Origin: Chrysomallon squamiferum
Taxonomy: Eukaryota > Animalia > Mollusca
Length of the DNA: 64,000 nt
Direction of reading: 5' to 3'
Assembly: GCA_012295275.1 (NCBI GenBank)
Contig: CM022670.1
Coordinates: 7,254,001 to 7,318,000, forward strand
The notes beneath the pieces were generated by a model, which made no database searches, had not been told where the DNA came from, and was given only the letters and a program-made list of their open reading frames with translations. A program made the position numbers and the translations under genes. This document shows, piece after piece, positions 1 through 11,923 of this stretch; the stretch's first letter is position 1, and the number at the start of each line of letters is the position of its first letter.

Positions 1-117
1 TTTATTATTTTGTTATAATTATTTCTAAACTTAACAAAAAATATTATTTTTATTATTATTTTTATTATTATTATTATTATTCTTATTATTATCGTTGTTA
101 TTATTTTAAATCTGAAG

Positions 118-3100
118 GAAAAACAGACGGGCCCTGTTGAGCCTTCTAGAAAGGTTGTCATTACACGCAACCTTGACAATGCCATACAGGAAGTGGTTGA
201 TCTTGTTATTAGAGACTTCATTGTGAGTTGGTACCAGGATCTTGGAGAAGACAGACATGCTCTTGTCACCTCAGTACAGTAAGTTTTTCAGTGTATTATA
301 TAACAGCTGATCAAAAGTAATATTAATTATAAACTGATATTTAGAGCATTGGCCTGGAGATTGCAGGATAGCATTGCATCAGTCTCTCGTTACTATTTTT
401 TTCTTTTTTTTTTTGGAATTATAGGCAATGGTAATTTAGAAAAGACTTGTATTTGTTCTTACCACTAAATGCATAAGCTAATTATGTAACAGAAAAGGCT
501 AACCTTGTCATTATAGAAATTCATATATTATGTGATCATAATTTTGTTCCTAAATAATTTTTTATCTAAATACTATACCTTTTATTCCCACATCATATTT
601 CTTAATTTTTTTTTTCCTGTTTATCTTACAAAGGTCTGAGATTTGGCAGACTGTAGCAGAACTCAGTAACAGACTTTCAAAGATTGACTTTGTGAAGGTC
701 ATTGCTCAAGATGTAGTGGACAGACTTCATAATCACTATCGAGATATCCGTCTTGCCAATAAAAAGTAATTTTTTTTTTTTTATCTGCATTCATATTCAT
801 TAATATAGTTCTTTCTCAACAAAAAATAATTTCATTAAACAATTTATATTTCTCATGCCCAAAAGCTGTTTTGTAAGATAATGAAATTGTTTTTTTTTTT
901 GATAATTAAATAAAATTCAGATAAATTTGTGGCCATTTTAATTGCCTGAGCTGTGGATTGAGTTAAGCTTTTATAATTTCCTTCAGTGATTAGTGAAACA
1001 GTAAAATGTGATAGATAATAATAAATTAAATTTTGACTGTGTAAGTTAAATTTGTGGTTATGGTTATAAATTGTTTTGTTCTGTTTAGAAATGCTGAAAA
1101 CTCGGAAAATGTTCCAAAGTTTGTTCTGCATTCCTGGCTGAAGGATGAGAAATCTGAGACAGTTTTTTTACAGACTGTGTGTGAAACTCTCCTTCTGACA
1201 CTTCTGCCTGTTTCCTATCAGCAGTGTGCCACTGTCAGGCATCTGCTACGAGATATAATTACTTCAACAGGTAAAACATATATATATATATATATACTTT
1301 CTTATGTTATTTACATATTTTTTAATTACCTCAACAGGTATATTTACTTACATTATTTTTAATTTCAACAGGTATATATGAAATAATTATCATCAACAGG
1401 TAAACATATATATATCCTTTCTTATGTTATTTACTTATTTTTTAATTACTTCAACTCTCTTACCTTATTTACATATGTAATAATTACTTTAGTAGGTAAC
1501 ATATATAAAATTTTATTTTCTCTTACATTATTTACATTTAACATAACACACATATACTTTCTCTCTTACATTATCTTCACATTTAATAGTTATTTGAATT
1601 CAATGATTTTTTCTTCAATTTTATAAAATTAAATACTGTATTGCTTTTATTTTTAAGATGGGATTCAAGCTATAACTGTAAAATTTCTGAAATTAACTTT
1701 GTTATCTCATTTGAAGTTTAAGCTATTGTTCTGTTGGAGCACACAGAAACTTGTTAATAAATCTCATGCAGTTCATTATTAACAAAAACTATATATTACT
1801 GAAAGCTTTTTTTCTCTCTCTTATATATCATTATTTTACAAAAACCTTTCTGTTTGATAACAGCAGACTATTAGTTGTGGCATAATTTGAGATGTTTCTT
1901 GAATATTCATTCATTCATTTGTTTGTTGTTCTGCAGTTCTGAAGCCAGCTATTGACTTGTTGTGTGACCCAGACTACCTGAACCAGAAACTACTCAACTA
2001 TCTTAGATACCGGGAAAAGTTACTCGAAGACACAAAACGAACTTACACATATGCTGCAACCTATGAAGATTTTGTAAAGAAAATTGGAATTTGTGAAGAT
2101 ATTGAACATCTGAAGCAAATGAGGTAAATTACTTTTATGTCTTTTATTGAATTTTTTATATATAGATTTTTAACTAATTTCTTTTTTCTTTCTTTATCTT
2201 TTTTTGTAAATGCAGATATAAAATGATACTGAAATTTTCAACCTTTCATTCATTAATTACATTACATAATGACTGAAATAATAAGCTAAAAATAATTTCC
2301 AAATCTTTTGTTTTTGGTTTAAAATGGGATTTTTATTTGAAAATATTAAACATTTTGAAAATTAAATCATTGAAGGTTAATATATTTAGATCCTTACAGA
2401 ATTAAACTCAGTTAATTAAAATTATAAAATATTTTAACAGGTACAACATCATGTCAGAAATTATGCATGCAACAACAATTAACAATCTGAAAAAAGCTCA
2501 AGGAATCAAAGGAGGTTAGTGTCTGTACATTTATATTTATATTGAATCATGAAACAAGGTTTTATTTTTCTTAAAAATATTGTTTTATACTTTTGTCTAT
2601 TTCACTTTTGTTTTATTTAGCTTTTCTTCTTCTATATTGATTTTCTCTTTATTTTTTGTAGTTTTTAGATGATTATTGCTATTTTTTTCATTTATTTTAT
2701 TGATATTTCATTTCATGGTTGTTTTATTCCTTGCACTTTATTAAATAACTAAAATATATTTTTTTTTTATTTCTTAATATTTTACTGAATGTTATTTGCT
2801 TGTTTGTTTTTTTGTTTATTTGTTTGTTTGCTTGTTTTTGTGAATTTTAAGTTATTTTATATTGATTTTATCATTTCAATTTCTCTATATATTTTATTTA
2901 ATATTATTTCTTTTAATAATTTCAATATATATATTTTTTAATCTAACATATTTTATTTATTATTAATGTATATTTTTAAACTTTTTTATTTATTTATGTT
3001 TTGTTTTAATATATAATATTTATAATTACCTTATGTATAAAATTTATATTTCAGTTTCATTGAATTATTATCTTTTTTTCATTTAACTTCATTCTAATGG

Positions 3101-3557
3101 TTTCATTTCATATAAATTTGTGAAATATTTAATTTCTTTTTATTTATAATTTAATATTAATTCATTCAGCCTAAATATTTATTGAATATTACATTGATTT
3201 AATGTATCTTTCATTATTTCCTTTTGCTTTTTATCCAGATTTTATACTGAAAGATCATACCATTTTTTTCTATTTCATATTTATAGCTGTAATATTTTAT
3301 ATTTACTCTACAGATAAAGAAAGTTCTCCCAAAGGTCATTCTAAAGGAGATCTTCTGAAAGCGAGGAATTTAAACAGATACATTAATCAGGTATAGTTAG
3401 TTAGATCACTTTAATTTTTAGCTGAACCCAAAAAAGTCTTAAATAATTATGATATTCCAAAGATGGGTTTCAGGAGTTTGTTGTGAAAAAGAGCATCAAG
3501 ATAATTCAAAATATTTCTTTATCTGTTTACAGATGGTTTTGTTTTGGTTTTGTTTTG

Positions 3558-3588
<31 letters not shown>

Positions 3589-3744
3589 GTTTTGTTTTGT
3601 TTTGTTTTGTGTTCTGTTTATATATGTTTATTTTATTTTATTTTATTTTATTTTATTTTATTTATCCCTTTTTCAATATTTGTATTTTTGCATTAATTCA
3701 TTAATTCATTTGTTTTTATTTATTTATTTATTTACTTTCACTAT

Positions 3745-3779
<35 letters not shown>

Positions 3780-5756
3780 TTTTATTTTATTTTATTTTAT
3801 TTTATTCTATTTATATTTGAACCTGTAGCTGACTGTGGCCAAGTCTCGCTGTGAGAAGAGAATCCAGGCTCTGGGAGGACCTGACTACAAGTATTACACA
3901 GCTAACACACTGGACGACAGTCAGCAGACACCACCACTCCCTGGTCAGATGGTCAGTGGTCAGATAGCCAAACTCTGTTTGTATCTCAAGTGTCAGTTTG
4001 TTCTTTGTACCTTTAGTGCCATTGTATCTTAATGAGCTGTTTGTACATTCATATAAAGAATATATATATATATATATATATACATTAAAATACACACACA
4101 CATACATATAAGTTGTGCACTTGTATGTGTGTATTTGTCTCTTTTCTATAGATGGCTAAAATGGTTTCAAACTTCTCATTCATTAACAACTGCAATTTAC
4201 GTCACCTTTTTGATTTTAAATAAGTCTTTTAATCCACATTTGCTGCCATTTTGTTATCTATATTGTTCTTTTGGTTTCAGGTGCTGGCTTTCAGCATAAT
4301 CATGAATGACATTCCGAAAGCAAGAGATTATTTTATGAAGTTTTTGAAGAAAGATGGAGAGGATCCTTTGCTGAGGTTAGTTTTAATTGTAAAGCATCAA
4401 AACAGAAGGTAAAAACAATGATTATAGATTTTTTTCAAATTTCAGTTCTGTAATTATTATTATTATTATTATTTATAAATTTAACTTTTTTATGATTTTA
4501 TTATTTCTCCACTTTGTGATACATATTAAGAAAAAACAAACAAAAAATATCCCAAACAGTTGTTAATCATTTATTTATTTAACTGAATATTAATACTGTT
4601 GTTTTTCCAGTTTCTGGAATGCTGTGGAAAAATTAAGGACTTCCAGCAAAGTAATTCATTAAATAGTTTATTAATAATATAACTTATATAAAATTAGTTT
4701 GTAATAAAGACTTCATAAGAGATTCAAATAAACATTAAAATATACATTAAAATAAACATTAATATAAAATAATTCTATTATACACATATACACACCTTAC
4801 ACACACGTCAAACAATTATATATGTGTGCATGTATATATTGTTAAGCACTGACAGTCTTATTATAATACATAATTAAATTTATAATTTATAAATATATAA
4901 ATTGTAGTAAGTATACAAAAATATTTTGGGAAAATTTTAGTAACTTTTTTTGTCATTGTTTCTATTATATAAGAGAAAAAAAAATGGTTTGACTGAATGT
5001 GAAAAAAAATATAAAAATAAAAAACCCCACAAAATTGGTAAGTAAATGAATTTAAAAACTAAACAAAGTGAAAGGAAAAGTAATTTTTTATTTTTACTAG
5101 GACAAACGACACCAGATAGCCAGTGAGATCTATCAGCAGTTTATTGGTAGCAGCTCAACTATTGTTAAATTTGAGAGATCTCTTGTTCGAGGCATGGAAC
5201 TCTTTCTGAAAGGAGATAAGGTAGTTCAGCATGTTTCTTTTATATATATTGTGTTTAAATGAAAGACAGTAAAAATAGTTTTTTAACTTTGTCTACTTAC
5301 TGACGTTTCATTTTTTATCATTAATTTGTAAATTAATTTTCTCAATAATAATACTTGTAATGGAATATTAAATCTAAAATTATGCAGTAATTAACTTATG
5401 TTAATAATTTTTATTAATCTTTTCATATTTTTATTTTGTTTATGTAAAAGGTTTGTTAGTTACTTCAATCACATTTTTTAACCTTCTATTTTAGGGGCCT
5501 GATTCTTTCCTAGATGCTCAAAAGCAGGTTTACAACACACTGGAGGAGAAATATTACCCATCATTCCTTGTGAGTGATGTCTACCATCAGTATATTTCAC
5601 AGGAGGAAGGTGACATATCAGATTCTGCCACTATTTCATCTAAGGGTAAATAAAATGGTGTATTCTAAATAAATAAATAAATAAATAAATACTCATTTTC
5701 TAAATAAATAAATATCTATATACTAAACAAATAAATACCTGTATATTTTTATTCCA

Positions 5757-5789
<33 letters not shown>

Positions 5790-8700
5790 TTTCTTTCTTT
5801 TCACTTCAGATGAACTGTTTCTGGAGTCTAAGGATGACTTTCTGGATGTAGATGAAGAGATTGGGTCAGGAATGTTTGTAGAGGAATCATACCACGCCAA
5901 ACAGCTTCTCAAACAACTAGATGAGAAAATTGCCAACAAGCTGCAGGCACTTCAGGCACTGAAGAGCTCACACAAGGCTGAAGACAAGGTGAATAACTCA
6001 GTCTGTTGTTTTTATTTGAATATTTGAACACTTGAAGCTTTCAGTACCAGTAGATAGAAGTAAGGAAGTTAGAAACTACCAACATTTTAATAATGTATTT
6101 TTACCATCAGATACAAAATAATAATTAAAAACAAAAAAACAAAAAAATATATATATATAATTAAGTTGAAATGAAATGAAATGAAATAAAATAAATAAAA
6201 ATAAGCATAATTACCTTTAGAAATATTATAATCAAAAATAGAATCAATCCATGAATTTATTTTAGTAGCACAAAATAATATGTACCCAACAACAATAAAC
6301 AATGAAAATTATCAACACACTAAAACCGTTCAGATAATGTTGTGAATTTTACAGACTATTATTACCTTCAGTTTAAATAATTTTTAGATATCACATGGCT
6401 GTTAACTAATTTCTAGTTACTCAAACTCAGTTGCTTCATGCAGTCAGATGTCAAATCTGTCTTTTAAAGAGATAACCCATGATCAAAATGTTCTAGTTCT
6501 GACACTATAGATTGTGATAATATGTAAACCTGTTATTTTGTCTATGACAGTGTTTAAAACTCTTATTTTGTCTGATGAATATAAAATTGTTATTTTGACA
6601 GTAATAAATATATAATTGTTATTTAACTGTAATGTAATGTTTGTAATGTTTGTATTCAGGTGAAGAAAGTAGGAGAGGATATGGAACAGGAATATGAGAA
6701 AATGAGGGAAGAGAGACGCAGACTGGAAGGTCACATTGCTCGAACTCAGCAGTGGATTGACAACCAGGGACTGTGGAGAGCACATATTTACAGTGCAGAG
6801 GTCAGTGATGACAGGAGTTTGAGAACAACTCTTTTATAATACTGAGGAGGATTGATACTTAAAATTTCACTGACACATGAATGGTAACTTCTTTCCTGCA
6901 AAAAAGAAAAAGATGAACATAAAATCTCTCTTGTCACTAAGGTGGTTTTTTTCACACTGTTACTACAGTTTCATGTGTCAATTTTTAAAACAAAAATTAA
7001 ATTTATTTATTGTTATTTTTTTTAATAATCATAATAAAGATAAAAAAATAAAAAAATTCAAACATTTATTTTTTTAGGTTAATTCTGATGGCGACAGCAA
7101 AGTTTGTCCTTTGTTCCTCCTGGTAGTGTATCTGTCTGGAGAAGGAGTCCAAGACGTGAGTGAGAGCACTCAAGGCTGGGTTGTGTCCAGAACTCTGGAT
7201 GATTTTTATGCACTCCATGAGAAATTAATTCAGGTTAATATTTATTTATAAAATTTCTGCATTTTTCTTTCACAGAATTTTAGAACAACTTTTTTCTAAT
7301 TTTTTTCTAATTTATACATTCAAATTCTTGCTGTCATCCTTTTCGACTTTCATTTTCATTGAAAGGTTTTTCTAATACTGAAATGTGTGCATTTTTCCTA
7401 TTTTAAAAAAAAAAAGATCCTTTCTTTCTTTTCTGACAAAAGTAACATCACAGGCTGAACCAGGATGATTCTTGACGTATGAATGAATATATTATAATTT
7501 AAATCTGTACTGAACGTATTGTTGTTATTAATAATTTATTATTCCAGATAGGACCATGGTTGAAGAAAAAGGAATTGCCCAGTGTTGGAATTACATTTTT
7601 CAAATCTATTGATTCTGCTTTCCTGGAGAAAGCTAAAAATATACTTGATGATTACCTGAATGTGAGTATCTGACATTTTTGACATTCAGTGTCTATGAAA
7701 TCAATACTTGAAACATTATTCTAGGTTCTAATGATACATTTTTTAATAATTATTTTAATAACAGGAATAAAACAACAAAAAATTAGTTCTCACTCTTAAA
7801 TTACTGAATTTACAAACTCTTTAAATATCTATATACATGGTGTTTTAAAACTTGAGTAACTTGAAAAAGTATTTGAATTATTTGATTATTTTTCAGTTTC
7901 TGTTTAATATATTTATTGCTTTTATAAATTTTATTTATTTTGTAGGCTATTATGAAGGACGAGAGAATGACACAAAGTGAAGCTCTTTACGCCTTTTTCA
8001 CTCCCACCCCAGAATACCTTCACCAACCTTCTCCCCAGAAAAAGAGCAAATTCTTGCTAGTAAACCTCATTAAAAGGTTAACTTTTTAATTCTCTAGTCA
8101 GCTTTTAGGAAAAGATCAGTAATTTGGGAAAATGTCTGAAGTTCTTAGAAAATTATTTAAAACCAGTGACATTTCTGAAAGTGCAGCTTCTCTGCCCACA
8201 TTAAATAAATAATTATAATGAAGTATATTAACTTGTGTCTGCTAAGGTAAATAATTATAATAAAGTATTTTAACTTGTGTCTGTTAAGGTAAATAATTAT
8301 AATAAAGTATATTAACTTGTGTCTGTTAAGGTAAATAATTATAATAAAGTATATTAACTTGTGTCTGCTAAGGTAAATAATTATAATAAAGTATATTAAC
8401 TCGTGTCTGCTAAGGTAAATAATTATTTATGTTTCTTTTGCAGTTTGCCTACAATTCGTTTAACAGATGTGCATGAGAATGATGATGATTTCTTTTTTCT
8501 TGGTGATGAAAGGTGCTTTTTCTCTTCTTGAACTAAACTTCTGTTTTTAATTTTTATTGAGTAATAATAATAATAATAGTAATAATAATAATAATAATAA
8601 AAAGAATAATAATAATAATAATAATAAAATAATAATAATAATAGTGTTCTGTTTATCCAATTTTTATAAAAATAGAAGCCGTTTTTCTTCTTATTTTTTC

Positions 8701-10243
8701 TTTTTTTAAATTTTTATTTATAACGCAAAACTTGTATAAAAAAAGGGAGGATTTAAAATATATTGATTAAAATGCATGTTATTCTGTTTGATGTGAGGGA
8801 TTTGTTTGTTTACAGTACAAAAGAGGACATCAGTCGAGACTCCATTGCCAAACCTCTGTACAGACTGATGAATGAAGTGTTTGAACTCCGTGGAATGTTT
8901 AAATGGCTGAGAAAAAGTTTCATCTCCTTTGTGGAAGTAACATTTGGCAGATCAATAAACAAGTAAGATAAGTAAATAGACATTCCAAAAAATATTAGCT
9001 AAAGATGTATTGTTTAATTTTTAGGTAATTTTACAAATTTAATTCATGTTTATTAAACAGAAGATTTGTTTGGATACTGTGATAGGGGAGGATTTGAGAA
9101 CAAAAGGGGAAAACATCCAAGGTAAAGGAGAAAATAAAGAGAGTTGTTAAAAATAATTAAGTTATCATTCAGACAGACTCTTTTATCCATCTCATCTCAG
9201 ATACAGAAAACATACATCTAGTAAATATATTTAAAAAATCCCTTGAAGTACTAGTCTGAAATAGTCTTATAACAAATTCTTTATTATTTGGCACATCTGT
9301 TGTCATCAAATTGTGTTTATTTATTAAAAAGACAGCTAAGAGACGTGGTGGACTGGCTGTTTTCTGAGTCGATGTTGATTTACTACATTCGAACGTTCAA
9401 AGAGTCTATGTGGCCTGAGGGAGAATTAGCTGAACCCTTACCATCTCGCACAGATGAAGAAAAATTACAAACTAGAATGAAAGCCAGAGAGAAAGTCCTC
9501 CAAAACATTCCAGGTTAATCAATTATTTTAAAACATATCAATATAAAGATAGGAAAACATATTTGTTTTTTCTTAGCATATTTTATTAAAATATTATTTT
9601 TATATATTCTTATATAAAAAGTATTATAGTTATTGAGCAATTTTGTTTCCCCAGCCACTGAGGCTGTTTTCTTGTGTGTTATAGATGCACTGAAGAATTT
9701 GGTAGGGGAAGACAATGCACAGAGAGGAACCATAAAGATGTTTGAAGCTCTTCAAGATGTCCGACTAAACAAACACTTAATTTATGTATGTACCACTAGT
9801 CTTCTGGTTTAGTTATTATGTTGGTATTAGAATGTCTTAATAAGGACTCAAGATCATTTGGTATCTGAGTATTTTATTTCAAAAATTTTCAAATTTATTT
9901 GATAATAATCCTTTTGTATGAATTACTGAAAGATTTTGAAGATTTCTCATAGTTGATGACAGATCAAAATTTAGTTTTAAAATCTGCTGGCATTATAAAC
10001 TTATTCATAAATAACTTTGTTAAAAAATAATTCAAAATTATGAACAATAATTTTTTATTAGAGTATGTATTTACCAAATCTAAAATTTTAATGAAAATAT
10101 TTAATTTACTAACTTTTAATGCTGGAAAATTTGTTTATTTGAAAAATTCTGAACAAAAGATTTTATTTCAGAATATTCTACATGGTTTTTCTCTTAGAGC
10201 TGATACCAGAATTGGAGAAAAAGAACTTGCAGTAATTAACTGA
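118..10243 (+). CDS. SNX25: Sorting nexin-25 (PXA, RGS, PX, PXC domains), 5'-partial, 21 exons in window
   Basis: Hand-spliced GT-AG exons with consistent phases: 118-278, 634-765, 1089-1270, 1937-2123, 2441-2514, 3314-3390, 3829-3951, 4281-4375, 4611-4650, 5101-5220, 5495-5645, 5810-5988, 6660-6800, 7078-7233, 7548-7661, 7946-8076, 8444-8512, 8816-8962, 9332-9513, 9685-9785, 10172-10235/10243. Translation gives PXA (LDNAIQEVVDLVIRDFIVSWYQDL...LKPAIDLLCDPDYLNQ), SNX25-typical TYTYAATYEDFVK and GDLLKARNLNRYINQLTVAKSRCEKRIQALGGPDY, RGS (FWNAVE, LEEKYYPSFLVSDVY), PX (WVVSRTLDDFYALHEKL, QSEALYAFF) and PXC (EVFELRGMFKWLRK, WPEG, FEALQDVRLNKHLIY). The frame of the last exon is ambiguous (see findings). 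Confidence 0.93.
8206..8426. repeat. Intronic 42-bp minisatellite, ~5 copies
   Basis: Unit TAAATAATTATAATAAAGTATATTAACTTGTGTCTGCTAAGG; GG ends at 8247, 8289, 8331, 8373, 8415 (period 42). Confidence 0.95.
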
Positions 10244-10247
10244 ATCC

Positions 10248-10315
10248 ATATACAGGAATTTTGAAAAAACAAGGGAAAAGAATATACAGGAGTTTTGAAA
10301 AAACAAGGGAAAAGA
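10248..10315. repeat. 34-bp tandem duplication at the start of the SNX25 3' UTR
   Basis: ATATACAGGA(A/G)TTTTGAAAAAACAAGGGAAAAGA starts at 10248 and 10282. Confidence 0.9.
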
Positions 10316-11805
10316 CACCCACTTTTCAAGACATGTAACCTTTGTTCATCTGACTTCAGCAATTATTATTAAAAAAAACTGTCATTGATAAAATATCAAA
10401 TTTTAGAGAACTTTGAAGTGTGACAGAGCTCAGATACCAATACTTACTAATGTTACAAAATTATTAACATTTCATTTCTTTAAAAAATTAACTTGGAGGC
10501 CTGAAATTTAAATGTGTATTGAGTCATTTTCTTTGATCAAGGATCCAAAAAATTCCATTAGTAATTTATATTTTTATAACTGGTTAATAGGGTAATATTT
10601 ATCAAATTCAAACATTCAGATCATAATACAAAGCTTACATTTGAAATAATTTATTTCTCAAATAAGAATGGTTAAATACTAATATGAAATATTTTTGCAT
10701 TTTAAAGTGATGCAAGTGATCTAATAGCAGGCTTACCGAATCTGAATATATTGTTTGAATTTTACTCTTTATTGAATCTCAACTTGTTTATTAAACATTT
10801 CAGAGAAATTGGACTAGTCAGTAAATGGAATACTCATGTTTCTTACACACTACATTTAATCATGTCAGTTCAGTTTAAGGGTTTAATTCTGTCGAGGGAT
10901 TAGTATTGTGACTGGTAACCTGTTACTACTTGTTGATCTTACCTAGTTATTAAACTCCTAACTTATTCTACTTTTTAAATCTAACTGATAAAAATTATTA
11001 TACGGACAGATGTGTGCAATATTGTCTAACAGCATTGTTTTGTTTTCTTTATTTATACAAATGTAATATTCTAATAAATGTTATGCTTTTCTGTTTTTTT
11101 TGTTTTCATTTGACAACTTCTCAATAGTTTTTAGTATTTAGATTTGTCAGTTCAATAAACAGGTTTGGTGATATAATTTTTTTTTTTTAAAAAAGCATCA
11201 TTCTTTTCTAGTGGATGATCAAGTAGTTATGGTCATTCAAACTCAGCTGAATTTTCAACTTGAAATTTAAGGATGGAGACCAAGATCAAATTGTATTGTA
11301 GTAAGTAGTTCACATTAACTACAGATGAATAATAAAAATAAATGAAATTTAACTCATTTTATATCGTCTAGTAATCAATGTTCTTTTCAAATAATTGACA
11401 TTATATCATTTATATTCTCATTTTAAATCTTAATTTGAGCAGCATACGGAAATTCAGTGGTGTTGGTGATAGAGATGGCTATTTCAGTATTTGTAACTAG
11501 ATGTGGTTACCTCCATTAAATTAACTGAAGTTAAAAGTTTTAGCCTACAATTTTACAAACAACGAACAAAATAAGAAAAGATTCTATTTTTTGTATTTCA
11601 TTAATGTGGAAATTAAACAGAAATTAGTCTAAGAAAAATGACCTTCATGATGTACAAGATTTTTTTTTTTAATTTAAATTCATGTTGGGAATGGAAATTT
11701 AACTTGAGCTTTCTGACTTCCAGCGTCTTGTGTAAGATTTTGCGTAGTTTAGATGTTTATTTTTGGTACTTCCACATTGTCTTGTAAGAAAAATGTATAG
11801 TGTAA

Positions 11806-11923
11806 TCATTCATACACCCATTTCTCTTCACAAGACTGCCAACTTATCAATTCTTTAGGTTCAAACCATAGGTCAATTTCCCTCTTAGCACTTTCCACTG
11901 CATCACTTCCATGGCAAATATTT
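11806..11923 (-). CDS. NDK exon 4 (catalytic His, stop)
   Basis: ttttcag|..NICHGSD...WVYE TGA; 118 nt; AATAAA on the minus strand at 11761-11756. Confidence 0.95.

Noticed and set aside
3943-3965. Three tandem GGTCAG donor-like motifs at an SNX25 exon end
   Set aside because: Only the middle one (GTCAGT at 3952) is consensus and frame-preserving; there is no evidence the others matter.
6801-6874. Box C/D snoRNA-like layout (GTGATGA...CTGA...CTGA) with an 8-bp inverted repeat
   Set aside because: Box C overlaps the splice donor, there is no proper terminal stem outside the boxes, and I recognised no rRNA-complementary guide.
8206-8426. Regular repeats superficially like a CRISPR array
   Set aside because: Head-to-tail units without unique spacers, inside a eukaryotic intron, with no cas genes.
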